A DNA stretch of 64,000 bases from an uncultured Pseudomonadota bacterium. Its GTDB lineage: Bacteria > Myxococcota_A > UBA796 > UBA9615. The notes beneath the pieces were generated by a model that had not been told where the DNA came from, ran no database searches, and saw only the letters and a list, made by a program, of their open reading frames with translations. Location of the stretch: contig CALAGR010000138.1 in assembly GCA_937891735.1 (NCBI GenBank), positions 7,123 to 71,122 on the forward strand, read 5' to 3'. A program made the position numbers and the translations under genes. Position 1 is the first letter of the stretch. Every line of letters begins with the position of its first letter. This document shows, one piece after another, positions 40,355 through 49,523 of this stretch.

Positions 40355-41671
40355 ATGACCGATAGCTCTGCCGCACAGACCACCTGGGAGCGAAACCCGC
40401 GCAGCGTCGCCTTGATGGAGCGGGCGCAGCAGCGGATCCCCGGCGGTGTGAACTCGCCGGTCCGCGCCTTCTCGAGCGTCGGCGGCAAGCCGCTGTTCCT
40501 GGTCAAGGGCGAGGGGTGCCGGGTGCAGGACGCAGACGGCCACTGGTACATCGACTATGTGGGGAGCTGGGGGCCGCTGATCCTCGGCCACGCCCAGGCC
40601 CAGGTGAACGCCGCCGTGGCCGCCGCCCTCACCTCCGGGACGTCCTTCGGGGCGTGCACGGAGCGCGAGATCCAGTTCGCCGAGACGGTCTGCAGCCGGG
40701 TCCCGGGCTGCGACATGGTGCGCATGGTGAGCAGCGGCACGGAGGCGTGCATGAGCGCGATCCGGCTGGCGCGCGGGGCCACTGGCCGGGACCTGATCAT
40801 CAAGTTCGACGGCTGCTACCACGGGCACAGCGACGGTTTGCTGGTGGCGGCGGGCAGCGGCGCCGAGACGCTCGGCGTGCCCGACTCGCCCGGCGTGCCG
40901 GCGGCCATCGCCAACCTCACGCTGTCGCTGCCCTACAACGACCTCGGCGCGGTGCGGGCGGCGTTCGCGGCCCACGACGGTCAGATCGCGGCGGTGATCC
41001 TCGAGGCGGTGGCCGGCAACATGGGCTGCGTGCCGCCGGACCCAGGCTTCCTGCAGGGCCTGCGCGACGTGTGCACCGCGGACGGCGCGGTGCTGATCGT
41101 GGACGAGGTGATGACGGGCTTCCGGGTGGCGCGGGGCGGCGCGCAGGAGCGGTTCGGCATCACGGGCGACCTGGTCTGCCTGGGCAAGGTGATCGGCGGA
41201 GGGCTGCCCGCGGCGGCCTACGGCGGGCGGCGCGACCTGATGAGCCGCATGGCCCCGACGGGCCCGGTGTACCAGGCCGGCACGTTGAGCGGGAACCCGC
41301 TGGCGGTGGCGGCGGGGCAGACGATGCTCGACCTGTTGGATGCGGATGGCGTGTACGAGGGGTTGGAGCGCGCGGGGGCCCGGTTGGAGGCGGGCATCGC
41401 GGCGGCGATCGCCAAGACCGGCGGCGGGGCCCGGGTGCAGCGCGTGGGCGCGATGATGGGGGTGTACTTCCGCGATGCGCCGGTGCGGAACCTCGACGAC
41501 GCGCGCACCTGCGACGTCGCGCGGTTCGGGCGCGTGTTCCACGAGCTGCTGGCGCGGGGCGTGTACATCGCGCCGTCGGCGTACGAGGCCGGCTTCATCG
41601 GAGCGGCCCACGACGACGCCGCCATCGACGAGACGATCACGGCGTGGGAGGGCGCCCTGGCAGCGAGCTGA
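40355..41671 (+). CDS. hemL: Glutamate-1-semialdehyde 2,1-aminomutase
   Basis: IPGGVNSPVRAF, SWGPLILGH, SGTEA, GCYHGHSD, DEVMTGFR, LGKVIGGGLP, YQAGTLSGNP. Confidence 0.98.
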   Translation: MTDSSAAQTTWERNPRSVALMERAQQRIPGGVNSPVRAFSSVGGKPLFLVKGEGCRVQDADGHWYIDYVGSWGPLILGHAQAQVNAAVAAALTSGTSFGACTEREIQFAETVCSRVPGCDMVRMVSSGTEACMSAIRLARGATGRDLIIKFDGCYHGHSDGLLVAAGSGAETLGVPDSPGVPAAIANLTLSLPYNDLGAVRAAFAAHDGQIAAVILEAVAGNMGCVPPDPGFLQGLRDVCTADGAVLIVDEVMTGFRVARGGAQERFGITGDLVCLGKVIGGGLPAAAYGGRRDLMSRMAPTGPVYQAGTLSGNPLAVAAGQTMLDLLDADGVYEGLERAGARLEAGIAAAIAKTGGGARVQRVGAMMGVYFRDAPVRNLDDARTCDVARFGRVFHELLARGVYIAPSAYEAGFIGAAHDDAAIDETITAWEGALAAS

Positions 41672-41708
41672 CGCGGGCCCCATGCTCGGGGCCTGGGAGG
41701 GGACGGTG

Positions 41709-43850
41709 ATGCGGGGGATCTTCGAGGCTGGAGTGCTCGGGCTGGTGGTGGGGGCGGCGACGCCGAGCGCTGCAAGCGGGGACCTGAACAAGTGGTGTGT
41801 CGACGCGACGGTCTCAGGCATCGTGCCCGGCTGCGGGATCCCAAGGCCATGCGACAACGCCACGCCATTCGCGAGCATCGCGGAGGCCCTCGGTGCTGCT
41901 GCGGCTGCCCCCGATGTCTCTCCTGGCGTCCGTCCAGCGCTTCAGGAGATCTGCGTCGCCACGCCGGGGCTGCACACCGAGGACATCACGCTGGACAACA
42001 CCTCCGGGGTCTACGGAGGCACCGTCAACGTGGTCTTCGAGCAGGACGTGGCTCCCACCTGGTGTCCGAGCGCCGACGGAGTCACCCTCACGGGCGACGG
42101 TTCGTCGTCGGTCGTCGGCCTGTTGAACCTGTGGTTCGACTCGGCTCTCTGTCCTGCCTCGGTGGGCGGTCCATTGGTGAGCGTTCGGGACGCGTTGCTC
42201 TCGGGCGGAAACGTCCGCGCCATCGGGGGCACCGGTCCATTCCTCGTGCAGACAGGGTTCGGCGGCACGTCCCTCACCAAGCTTCGAGTCGAGGGGAGGG
42301 CGGGTGTCGCCATCCAGGCAGAGGCCGGTGTGTTCCTCACGGCGAGCGAGATCTCCGCGATCCAGCCGCCATCAGGGGAGGCCGTGGTCACCGCCCGGCT
42401 TCTCGACTTCTGGGATTCGGCGATCTTCGGGAGTGTCACCTCGGGCGGAGCACCGCTGGTCGAGGCTGAGGGTGGCCTGTTTCGCTCATCCGTGATCGCC
42501 GGGAACGTGGCGCTCGATGGTGCCCCGTTGATGCGCTTCCAGCGCCCCGCTGCGGGCGGCGAGGACCGCCTCTCGATCCGGTCGACCGTGATCTCCCGAA
42601 ACGCGCTGGTGGCCGTCGGCGGCTCGGCGACGCCGGTCGGCGTCCAGGGGCCGAGAGCGCCAGATCCGGGACACATCACCAACTTCTGCCTGCCGGAGGC
42701 GTCGGACAATCTCGCTTTCGGGGGCCGCGCGACGCCCCAATACTCCGGGGACATGTCCTCGGCTGCGCTCATCGCCTTCGACGGGGGAAGCGCGGTGTCG
42801 CCATTCGATCTGGACCTGATGGGGAACGTGATCGTGGACAACGATCTGAGCGACTCGTCAGCGCTCGTCCGCGCGGGCGGCTCCGGGTACGCGCTCACGC
42901 TTCACCTGATCCACAACACGGTGACAGTCAGCGATGAAGCGGTCGTCGAGTACCTGGGGGCGTCCACCGGAGTCCGGCTCGTCAGCGCGAAGAACCTGTT
43001 CCTGGGGCCGCCGCGGCTCGGGGTGATGGGGCCGAGTCCCCGTTTCGAGATGACGATGGACGAGTCTTCCGGCGGTGTCGCCGCGTGGAGCGGCGCGGTC
43101 TCCACCCAGGGTGGCCTCGCGGGTCCCGAGCCGACGGCCGTTGACTGGTCCCTCGGGACTTCGTTCAGGCCCTCGTCCGAGCTCGAGGCCTTGGACGGCT
43201 GCCTGCGCGCGCGGCTGCTGTGCCCAGAGCTCACCTGTCCGACGACGGTCAACCTCAGAGAACAGCTCTGTGCTCTCGATGCAGCATCCGCCTACGTTCC
43301 GTCGTCGGCCGCCGTGTCTCAGGGTCCCGCCTGGCCATGGGCGACGGACTACTTTGACAGCCGAGCGACCGGGGATCCCTACAACACCCCCGGCGCCTCC
43401 GGGTGGTTCTGCGAGGAGCGGGAGCCTCCCTTCGACCGCGACGGGGTCGTGGGCGACGGAGACGGTTGGACGACCCTCGTGGACTGCGACAACGAAGCCG
43501 TGAGCACTCCGTCGGTGCCGGGCGCGGACGGGTTCAACAGCGAAGACTGTTGGGACGTCACAGACGACTGCTACGAGTGCCCGCAGGGGAGCAACCTCAT
43601 CGATCCCCCGCTCGGGGACGACGACGACTCGGGTGACGATGACGACGACGACGACGACGATTCGTCATCCGGCTCCGACGACGACGACTCCTCTGAGGCC
43701 GACGACGACCCGGCCCTGCCGACGGCCCCGACCGGCTGTCAGAAGGGAACGGGGTGCGGTGCGCCGATTTCTGTCGGCTTCCTCTTCGTGGCTCCCCTCC
43801 TCCGTCGGCGTCGCTACCGCCCGGCCTCGTCAAGCGCCCCTTCGCGGTAG
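41709..43850 (+). CDS. Large secreted/surface protein, beta-helix-like core, poly-Asp linker, MYXO-CTERM-like tail
   Basis: Signal peptide, PFASIAEA motif typical of beta-helix N-termini, DGDG..DCDN motif, Asp run, C-terminal GC...hydrophobic-RRRR. Confidence 0.65.
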   Translation: MRGIFEAGVLGLVVGAATPSAASGDLNKWCVDATVSGIVPGCGIPRPCDNATPFASIAEALGAAAAAPDVSPGVRPALQEICVATPGLHTEDITLDNTSGVYGGTVNVVFEQDVAPTWCPSADGVTLTGDGSSSVVGLLNLWFDSALCPASVGGPLVSVRDALLSGGNVRAIGGTGPFLVQTGFGGTSLTKLRVEGRAGVAIQAEAGVFLTASEISAIQPPSGEAVVTARLLDFWDSAIFGSVTSGGAPLVEAEGGLFRSSVIAGNVALDGAPLMRFQRPAAGGEDRLSIRSTVISRNALVAVGGSATPVGVQGPRAPDPGHITNFCLPEASDNLAFGGRATPQYSGDMSSAALIAFDGGSAVSPFDLDLMGNVIVDNDLSDSSALVRAGGSGYALTLHLIHNTVTVSDEAVVEYLGASTGVRLVSAKNLFLGPPRLGVMGPSPRFEMTMDESSGGVAAWSGAVSTQGGLAGPEPTAVDWSLGTSFRPSSELEALDGCLRARLLCPELTCPTTVNLREQLCALDAASAYVPSSAAVSQGPAWPWATDYFDSRATGDPYNTPGASGWFCEEREPPFDRDGVVGDGDGWTTLVDCDNEAVSTPSVPGADGFNSEDCWDVTDDCYECPQGSNLIDPPLGDDDDSGDDDDDDDDDSSSGSDDDDSSEADDDPALPTAPTGCQKGTGCGAPISVGFLFVAPLLRRRRYRPASSSAPSR

Positions 43851-45421
43851 CCGGTCGCGTCCCCCGGCTCGAGCCTGGACAGGACCCCCTCGACCTGTTC
43901 GAGATCGCGGTTGCACACCACCCAGAGCGCTCGACCGACCGAGACCCGATCCAGGGCCGGGTTCGCCGCCATCTCCGATTCGAGTGCTCGGGCCAGTGGC
44001 TCATCGGCGCAACGGGCTCCGCAGCGGTCTTCGTCGTACCCACCAAGCGCGAAGTCCAACCGGCGGGCGAACTGCTGCCTGCAATCCCCCAGGCGGGTCA
44101 CCAGGCCCATGTCCTTGGCGGCTCGACCCTCGTCCACGATGCGATTCCAGAAGGGCAGCTCGTCGATGTCCAGGGAGTCCAGTCGGAGTTCGCGCGCCAG
44201 CCGTGCCCCGTCGTAGGGAGTCTGGCTCCACGTTGAGGGGGAGATCGCTCGGAGGCCATCAGCGATCCCGAACGCCAGCAGGAGCGCCCCACAGAGCCCT
44301 GCCGCCAGATGCACGGGTCGTTTCGGGCTGAGCCCCGCGACGGTCAAGGCCAGCAGCGAGGCATAGAACGCCTGGAGCAGGTACTCGGGCTTGGCCTGGC
44401 CGGAGATGACCGGGGCGGCAGCCCCGAGGGCGGCCCACACGACGGCGAAGCGGGCCACGCGCCGCAGAGGTCCGGCGTCCCCGAGTGCGACGCCCGCGCA
44501 CAGAAGCACGGACCCGAGCGAGAGCAGCCGCGCCACGCTCTGAAGTCCTGGGGCTCCTCGCGGTGCGGCGGGCCAGGACGACCGCGCGAGGCGCTCGATC
44601 CCACCGAGGATCGCCTGGGGGTCGGCGGAGAGCGCCGGAAGCGCGACGTCCGTGACGTCCCCAGCACCGGATCGCGCCAGCAGGGTCGCGAGGAACCCCA
44701 CCCCGAGCCCGAGCAGGACCACTGCAATCGACCGGACTCGTACGGAGGGAGAGCCCTCCAGGAGCACGACGACGCCGAACGCCAGGACCGCGGCGAGATT
44801 CAGTCGGTACAGGAAGAACCCGGCCGCGACCACGCACGTGAGGCCGATGAGCCGGCGGAGGTGCGCGCCTGGGGTGCGGCTCGCGGCCAGCGCGAGGAGC
44901 CACGGAACGGCCAGGAACTCGGTGTGGTTGCCGTAGGGCATCGACTGGAACGCGACGGCGAAGAACGGTGGGAAGACGATCAGCGAGATGGCGGCGAGCG
45001 CGCCCCGCCCTCGACCGAGCCCAAAGCCCAGGTGGGCGGCGAGCACCAACAGGAGCGCCTCGAACCCCAGTCCGACAGCGTGGAGCGCGATGGTGGTCGG
45101 GCCAAACAGGAGGCTCGCGGGGACGGCGAGAAGGGAGATCAGGAGCGTGCCCTGAGCGTGATCGCCGTAGGCATAGAAGGCGTAGAAGTCGCTGACCGAA
45201 CCAGGCCAGACGTCGCGCCCTGAGGCGAGATCGGCCGCGAGGTTCGCGAACTGGGCGAACTCGGGCGAGTACAAGAGCGGGGCGAGGGTGCGGAGCTGCA
45301 GCGTCCGGACGGCCACCAGCAGGACCACCCCGGCGGCGATCCACAGGAACTCCTGCCTGCGTCGCAGCCTGACCTCGTTCTCTGGCGTCATCGGCATCAC
45401 GATACTGCTGCGCTCGCCCAT
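43814..45421 (-). CDS. Polytopic membrane protein, GT-C (ArnT/PMT-like) glycosyltransferase-like
   Basis: About 10 TM helices, N-terminal loop YSPE...HAQGT...LFG, GNHTE motif, soluble C-terminal domain. Confidence 0.55.
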   Translation of the reverse strand: MGERSSIVMPMTPENEVRLRRRQEFLWIAAGVVLLVAVRTLQLRTLAPLLYSPEFAQFANLAADLASGRDVWPGSVSDFYAFYAYGDHAQGTLLISLLAVPASLLFGPTTIALHAVGLGFEALLLVLAAHLGFGLGRGRGALAAISLIVFPPFFAVAFQSMPYGNHTEFLAVPWLLALAASRTPGAHLRRLIGLTCVVAAGFFLYRLNLAAVLAFGVVVLLEGSPSVRVRSIAVVLLGLGVGFLATLLARSGAGDVTDVALPALSADPQAILGGIERLARSSWPAAPRGAPGLQSVARLLSLGSVLLCAGVALGDAGPLRRVARFAVVWAALGAAAPVISGQAKPEYLLQAFYASLLALTVAGLSPKRPVHLAAGLCGALLLAFGIADGLRAISPSTWSQTPYDGARLARELRLDSLDIDELPFWNRIVDEGRAAKDMGLVTRLGDCRQQFARRLDFALGGYDEDRCGARCADEPLARALESEMAANPALDRVSVGRALWVVCNRDLEQVEGVLSRLEPGDATGYREGALDEAGR

Positions 45422-45441
45422 CGGCCTGCGGCGGCGCCGGA

Positions 45442-46896
45442 CTACAGCGCGATCCGCATCCGCCTGACCGCCTCGACCAGCTCCTCCTCGTTCAGGGCGG
45501 CGTAACCCAGGCGCAGGTGCCGCGGGTCCTGACCCCGGAAGTGCAGCTCGCTGCCGATGCGGAAGACCACCCCGCGCTCCTCACATCGACGGTGCCACGC
45601 TGCGATGTCGATCGTGTCGTCGAGCACGCGCACCCAGAAGGCCAGCCCGCCGGGGGGCGGACTTGGCAGCAGCACGTCCCCCAGCTGGTCCGTCAGCGTC
45701 TCGGCGAGGGCCTGACGCCGTCCGCGGTACACCCGCCGGACCCGGCTGATGTGCCGGAGCACCGTGCCGTCGGCCAGCAGCTCCGCCATCGCCGCTTCGC
45801 TGATCTGGTCGCCCTGCCGGTCCACGACTCGCCGCACCCGCGCGATCGCCTCGATCACCGGCTGCGACGCGACCACGTAGCCCAGGCGCAGCCCCGGCGC
45901 GAGCACCTTGCTCATCGTTCCGACGTACACCACCACCCCCGCGCGGTCCGCCGCCGCCAGGGGCCGCACGGGCTGCCCCTCGAAGTGGAACTCGTTGTCG
46001 TAGTCGTCCTCGATCACCGCGAACCGGTGCTCCGTCGCCAGCCTCAGCAGGTGGGCCCGTCGGCCCGGTCCCAGCGCGGTCATGGTCGGATACTGGTGAT
46101 GCGGCGTGACGTAGATCGCCCGGGGCGCACCGTGCTGTTCGATCCACCGCTCGACCGCCGCCACGCTCAGGCCGCCTTCGTCCACGGGCATGGGGACCAC
46201 CGTCGCCCCTGTCGATCCGAGCGCCGCCCACGCCGGCGGGAACCCCATTTCCTCGACCAGCACCGTGTCGCCTCGCCGCACCAGCGCCTGCGCCGTGAGG
46301 AACAAGGCGTGCTGGGCCCCGCGGGTGACCACGATGCCCTCCTCGTCGGCGGCCAGTCCGCGCCGCGCCGCGAGCATCGCCGTGAGCTCCCGCCGCAACC
46401 TCTGCAGCCCGCGCGGATCGCCGTACGCCAGCACCTCCCGGGCCCGCCGAGGCGACGCCAGCACCCGCCGCCACGCCCGCCCCAGCAGATCGCCGGGCAC
46501 GAGCCGCAGGTCCGGCTTGCCCGCCTCCAGCTCCAGCGCTCCTGCCGGCACGTCGCCGTAGCTGCCCACGAACGGAGGCAGGTCCACCGAAAAGCCCGCC
46601 TCGCCGGCCACTCGCGTCACCGCGGCTGTCGCGGGAAGCGGGGGCAGATCCGCCGTGACGAACGTGCCGCTGGAGGGCCGGGTGGCGATCCACCCCTGCG
46701 CCTCCAGCTCCTGCCACGCCGCGAGCACGGTGTTTCGATGCACGCCCAGGCTCTTCGCCACCGCGCGCGTGCCCGGAAGGCGGTCGCCCCGACGCAGCAC
46801 GCCGGTCCTGACGTCCTCCTGGACGGCGCCCGCGATGTGCAGATAGACGGCGCCCTCAGTGGGCCGCTCCAGGTGGATCCTCGGTGTCCAGGCCAT
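45442..46896 (-). CDS. MocR/GabR-family regulator (GntR HTH + PLP-dependent aminotransferase domain)
   Basis: RLPGTRAVAKSLGVHRNTV, YGDPRG, YVTPHHQYP, IEDDYD, GTMSKVLAPGLRLGY. Confidence 0.95.
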   Translation of the reverse strand: MAWTPRIHLERPTEGAVYLHIAGAVQEDVRTGVLRRGDRLPGTRAVAKSLGVHRNTVLAAWQELEAQGWIATRPSSGTFVTADLPPLPATAAVTRVAGEAGFSVDLPPFVGSYGDVPAGALELEAGKPDLRLVPGDLLGRAWRRVLASPRRAREVLAYGDPRGLQRLRRELTAMLAARRGLAADEEGIVVTRGAQHALFLTAQALVRRGDTVLVEEMGFPPAWAALGSTGATVVPMPVDEGGLSVAAVERWIEQHGAPRAIYVTPHHQYPTMTALGPGRRAHLLRLATEHRFAVIEDDYDNEFHFEGQPVRPLAAADRAGVVVYVGTMSKVLAPGLRLGYVVASQPVIEAIARVRRVVDRQGDQISEAAMAELLADGTVLRHISRVRRVYRGRRQALAETLTDQLGDVLLPSPPPGGLAFWVRVLDDTIDIAAWHRRCEERGVVFRIGSELHFRGQDPRHLRLGYAALNEEELVEAVRRMRIAL

Positions 46897-46965
46897 GAAT
46901 CCGGACTAGCACAGTTTGGTGAGCTGGATCTTCTTGACGATCCGGATCCGTTTCACCATGCGTCC

Positions 46966-47472
46966 ATGATCACCATCTCCACCCACTCTCCCGCGACCGC
47001 TCACCCCCTCCTTCGGCCCCACCTGCAGGCGCTCGCGCAGGAGGTCGAGGCCCTCGTCAGCGATGTGTACTGGAACCGGACCCACGAGCCGGGCCGCATG
47101 GCCGCCGCCCACCTCGGCTCCAGCGCCTGGGTCCTCGCCCACGAGCGCGACCGCATCGTCGGCACCGCCCGAGCGATCAGCGACGGAGCCAAGTGTGCGT
47201 GGGTCTACGACGTCGTCGTGGCGGAGCATCTGCGCGGCGAGGGCGTCGGCACCCGGCTCATGAGCGCCCTGCTGGCCCACGACACAATGACGGGCGTGCG
47301 CTGGGTGCACCTGTCCACGCGCGACGCCGATCCCTTCTACGCGCGCCTGGGCTTCGGCCTCAGCGAGGAGGTGTGCCGGGTCCCCTGGCGCCGCGTCGCC
47401 ATGAGCCTGGACCGGGGCCGGGTACCCTTTGCGGCGTGGGACGATCCTGGCCGCTCGCCGCTTGCCTCCTGA
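46966..47472 (+). CDS. GNAT-family N-acetyltransferase
   Basis: VGTARAISDG, DVVV...RGEGVG, FYARLGF; divergent from the MocR gene. Confidence 0.9.
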   Translation: MITISTHSPATAHPLLRPHLQALAQEVEALVSDVYWNRTHEPGRMAAAHLGSSAWVLAHERDRIVGTARAISDGAKCAWVYDVVVAEHLRGEGVGTRLMSALLAHDTMTGVRWVHLSTRDADPFYARLGFGLSEEVCRVPWRRVAMSLDRGRVPFAAWDDPGRSPLAS

Positions 47473-49523
47473 GCCTGCTGGTCTCGCCGGTCCTGGCCAA
47501 CGAGACGGTCGGCCTGCTCAACCAGCCGAGCCTGCCACCGGTGGAGCGCCAGGCCCTCGTCTCCGACCTGTGCGATGCCGAGGCCGCCCCGGTGGCGCTG
47601 ATCGAGGAACTCGCCCTGGATCCCTCCTCCCTCCGCGAAGCGCGCATCAGCGCCGCCCGGATCGCCGCCTGCCATGACGATCCCGCGCTCGTGCCGGTGC
47701 TCTGGCAGGCGTTCCTGGAGAGCAAGCTCGACGTCGCCATCCACGATCCCGACATCTTCGAGCGGCACCTGCGCACGCTCCAGCGCCTTCCCCGAGAGCA
47801 GGTCGACGCGGCCCTCCTCGCCGCCGATCCGGACCCCATCGTCGACCTCGCCTGGAACCACCTGCTCGGCACCTGGCTGTCGCCCATCGCGGAGCAGGCG
47901 GGCGAGGCCGAGGCCGTACTGGCACGCCAGGATCCCCAGGCCCGGGCCCGCGCCGCGGACGTCGTGCGCGCGTGGATCGTCGAGCTCCTGCAGGACCCCG
48001 ATGGCCTCGTGCGCCTGCAGACGGACAGCGGCGATGCGGCCTTCGATCTGCTCGACCGCGTGGCCGCCGTGCTGGTCGCCGAGCTGATCCGGGCCGGCTC
48101 GGACGCCGAGGTGCGCATGGCCCTGGAGCTGATCCGGCAGCGCGTGCCCAACGGTCCGCGGATCCGGGATGCCATCCAGGCCCGCCTCCAGGTCACCACC
48201 GATCCCGCGCTCCCCGCGCTCGCCGCCGACCTGCCGGAGCTGCCGGCGTTCCGCCTGCGCCGGGGCGCGATGCTGTACCCCGTGCAGGCGCCGATCCGGG
48301 TGCCGCCGCCGGGTCGGTCCTTCGCGGTGGACGCGCGCGCCGAGGCCAGCCCCGAGGCGACGGTCCGGCTGCCCTTGTTTGCCCTGCTCGGGGCCATGGC
48401 CGTCCTGTCCCTCGGGCTGTGGCTGCTGCTGCTGCGCCTGCTGCCTTCCCGTCGGAGCCTGCTGTTTCGCCTGGGCGCCCTCGCGCTGGCGCCGCTGGGT
48501 CTGCTGGTGTTGGAGGGCCTGCTCGCGCTGCTCGGATACCACCCGCTGATCGCCCAGCGCCCCAGCTTCGATCCGACCCGGGCGCCCCGCCTCATCAGCG
48601 AGCAGGTCGACCTCGACGACGGCGATCCGGCGGTGCGCATCACGGACCCGGAGGCCCGCTACGCGCTCTTCTCCTCCCGCGCCCGGCGCCCGCGCGTGGT
48701 GACGTTCGGGGGCTCGTCGGCGCACGGAACCCACTACCTCGCCGAGGAGACGTTCTCGTCCCTGCTGCAGGAGCGGATCCCCGGGGTGGAGGTCATCAAC
48801 GCGGGGCTTGGCGGCGTGCTGTCCGACCAGGTCGCCTTCCTCGCCTTCGAGGCGCTGGACCGCTGGGACCCGGACCTGCTGATCCTGTACCTGGGCAACA
48901 ACGACCTGGAGCACCTGCATCGGCAGGTCGCCTTCCGGGCGTTCGATGCGGACAACCTGTACGCCCGCTACATCGTCGATCGCCTGCGCGTCGCGCGCCT
49001 GCTGCGCGCTGCCCTCCCCCGGCCCGCGCTGGACCGAGCCGCCGACGCAGGCGAGGACGCAGCGATGTTGTCCCCCATGGACGACGACCCCGCCGGGCGT
49101 CCGGCCGTGGCGCGGCTCGCCCGGTGGAGTGCCACGTGGAACGTCGTGCGCGTCGCCTCCCGGGCCAGGGCCCAGGGGGTGCAGGTGCTGTTGGTGGTGC
49201 AGGGGCAGAACGGCGAGGCCTGTCCGCTGCTGCCCGAGCAGATCACGCCGGACTGCTTCCCCCAGGAGCTGCGCAGGATCGCCGTGGACGCGGCGGCCGT
49301 CACCGACTCGGTCGTGGTGGATGGGGCCGGCGCCCTGCGCGCCCACGCGGCCGGGGACTGGGGTGATGCGCCCACCGGCGCCGAGGGGATCGCCGGCTAC
49401 CCCTACTACTGGGACACCGTGCACCCCACGCGGCTGGGCCACGCCGTGTTGGCCGCGGCCATCGCCCCCGAAGTGGCGCGCCTCCTGGGCCTGAGCCCTG
49501 GGAGCCCCGAGCCGTCGCCCTGA
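47436..49523 (+). CDS. Membrane-anchored SGNH/GDSL hydrolase with N-terminal helical domain
   Basis: Signal peptide, two TM helices mid-protein, FGGSS, NAGLGG, GNND, DTVHPT; GTG start inferred. Confidence 0.8.
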   Translation: MGRSWPLAACLLSLLVSPVLANETVGLLNQPSLPPVERQALVSDLCDAEAAPVALIEELALDPSSLREARISAARIAACHDDPALVPVLWQAFLESKLDVAIHDPDIFERHLRTLQRLPREQVDAALLAADPDPIVDLAWNHLLGTWLSPIAEQAGEAEAVLARQDPQARARAADVVRAWIVELLQDPDGLVRLQTDSGDAAFDLLDRVAAVLVAELIRAGSDAEVRMALELIRQRVPNGPRIRDAIQARLQVTTDPALPALAADLPELPAFRLRRGAMLYPVQAPIRVPPPGRSFAVDARAEASPEATVRLPLFALLGAMAVLSLGLWLLLLRLLPSRRSLLFRLGALALAPLGLLVLEGLLALLGYHPLIAQRPSFDPTRAPRLISEQVDLDDGDPAVRITDPEARYALFSSRARRPRVVTFGGSSAHGTHYLAEETFSSLLQERIPGVEVINAGLGGVLSDQVAFLAFEALDRWDPDLLILYLGNNDLEHLHRQVAFRAFDADNLYARYIVDRLRVARLLRAALPRPALDRAADAGEDAAMLSPMDDDPAGRPAVARLARWSATWNVVRVASRARAQGVQVLLVVQGQNGEACPLLPEQITPDCFPQELRRIAVDAAAVTDSVVVDGAGALRAHAAGDWGDAPTGAEGIAGYPYYWDTVHPTRLGHAVLAAAIAPEVARLLGLSPGSPEPSP

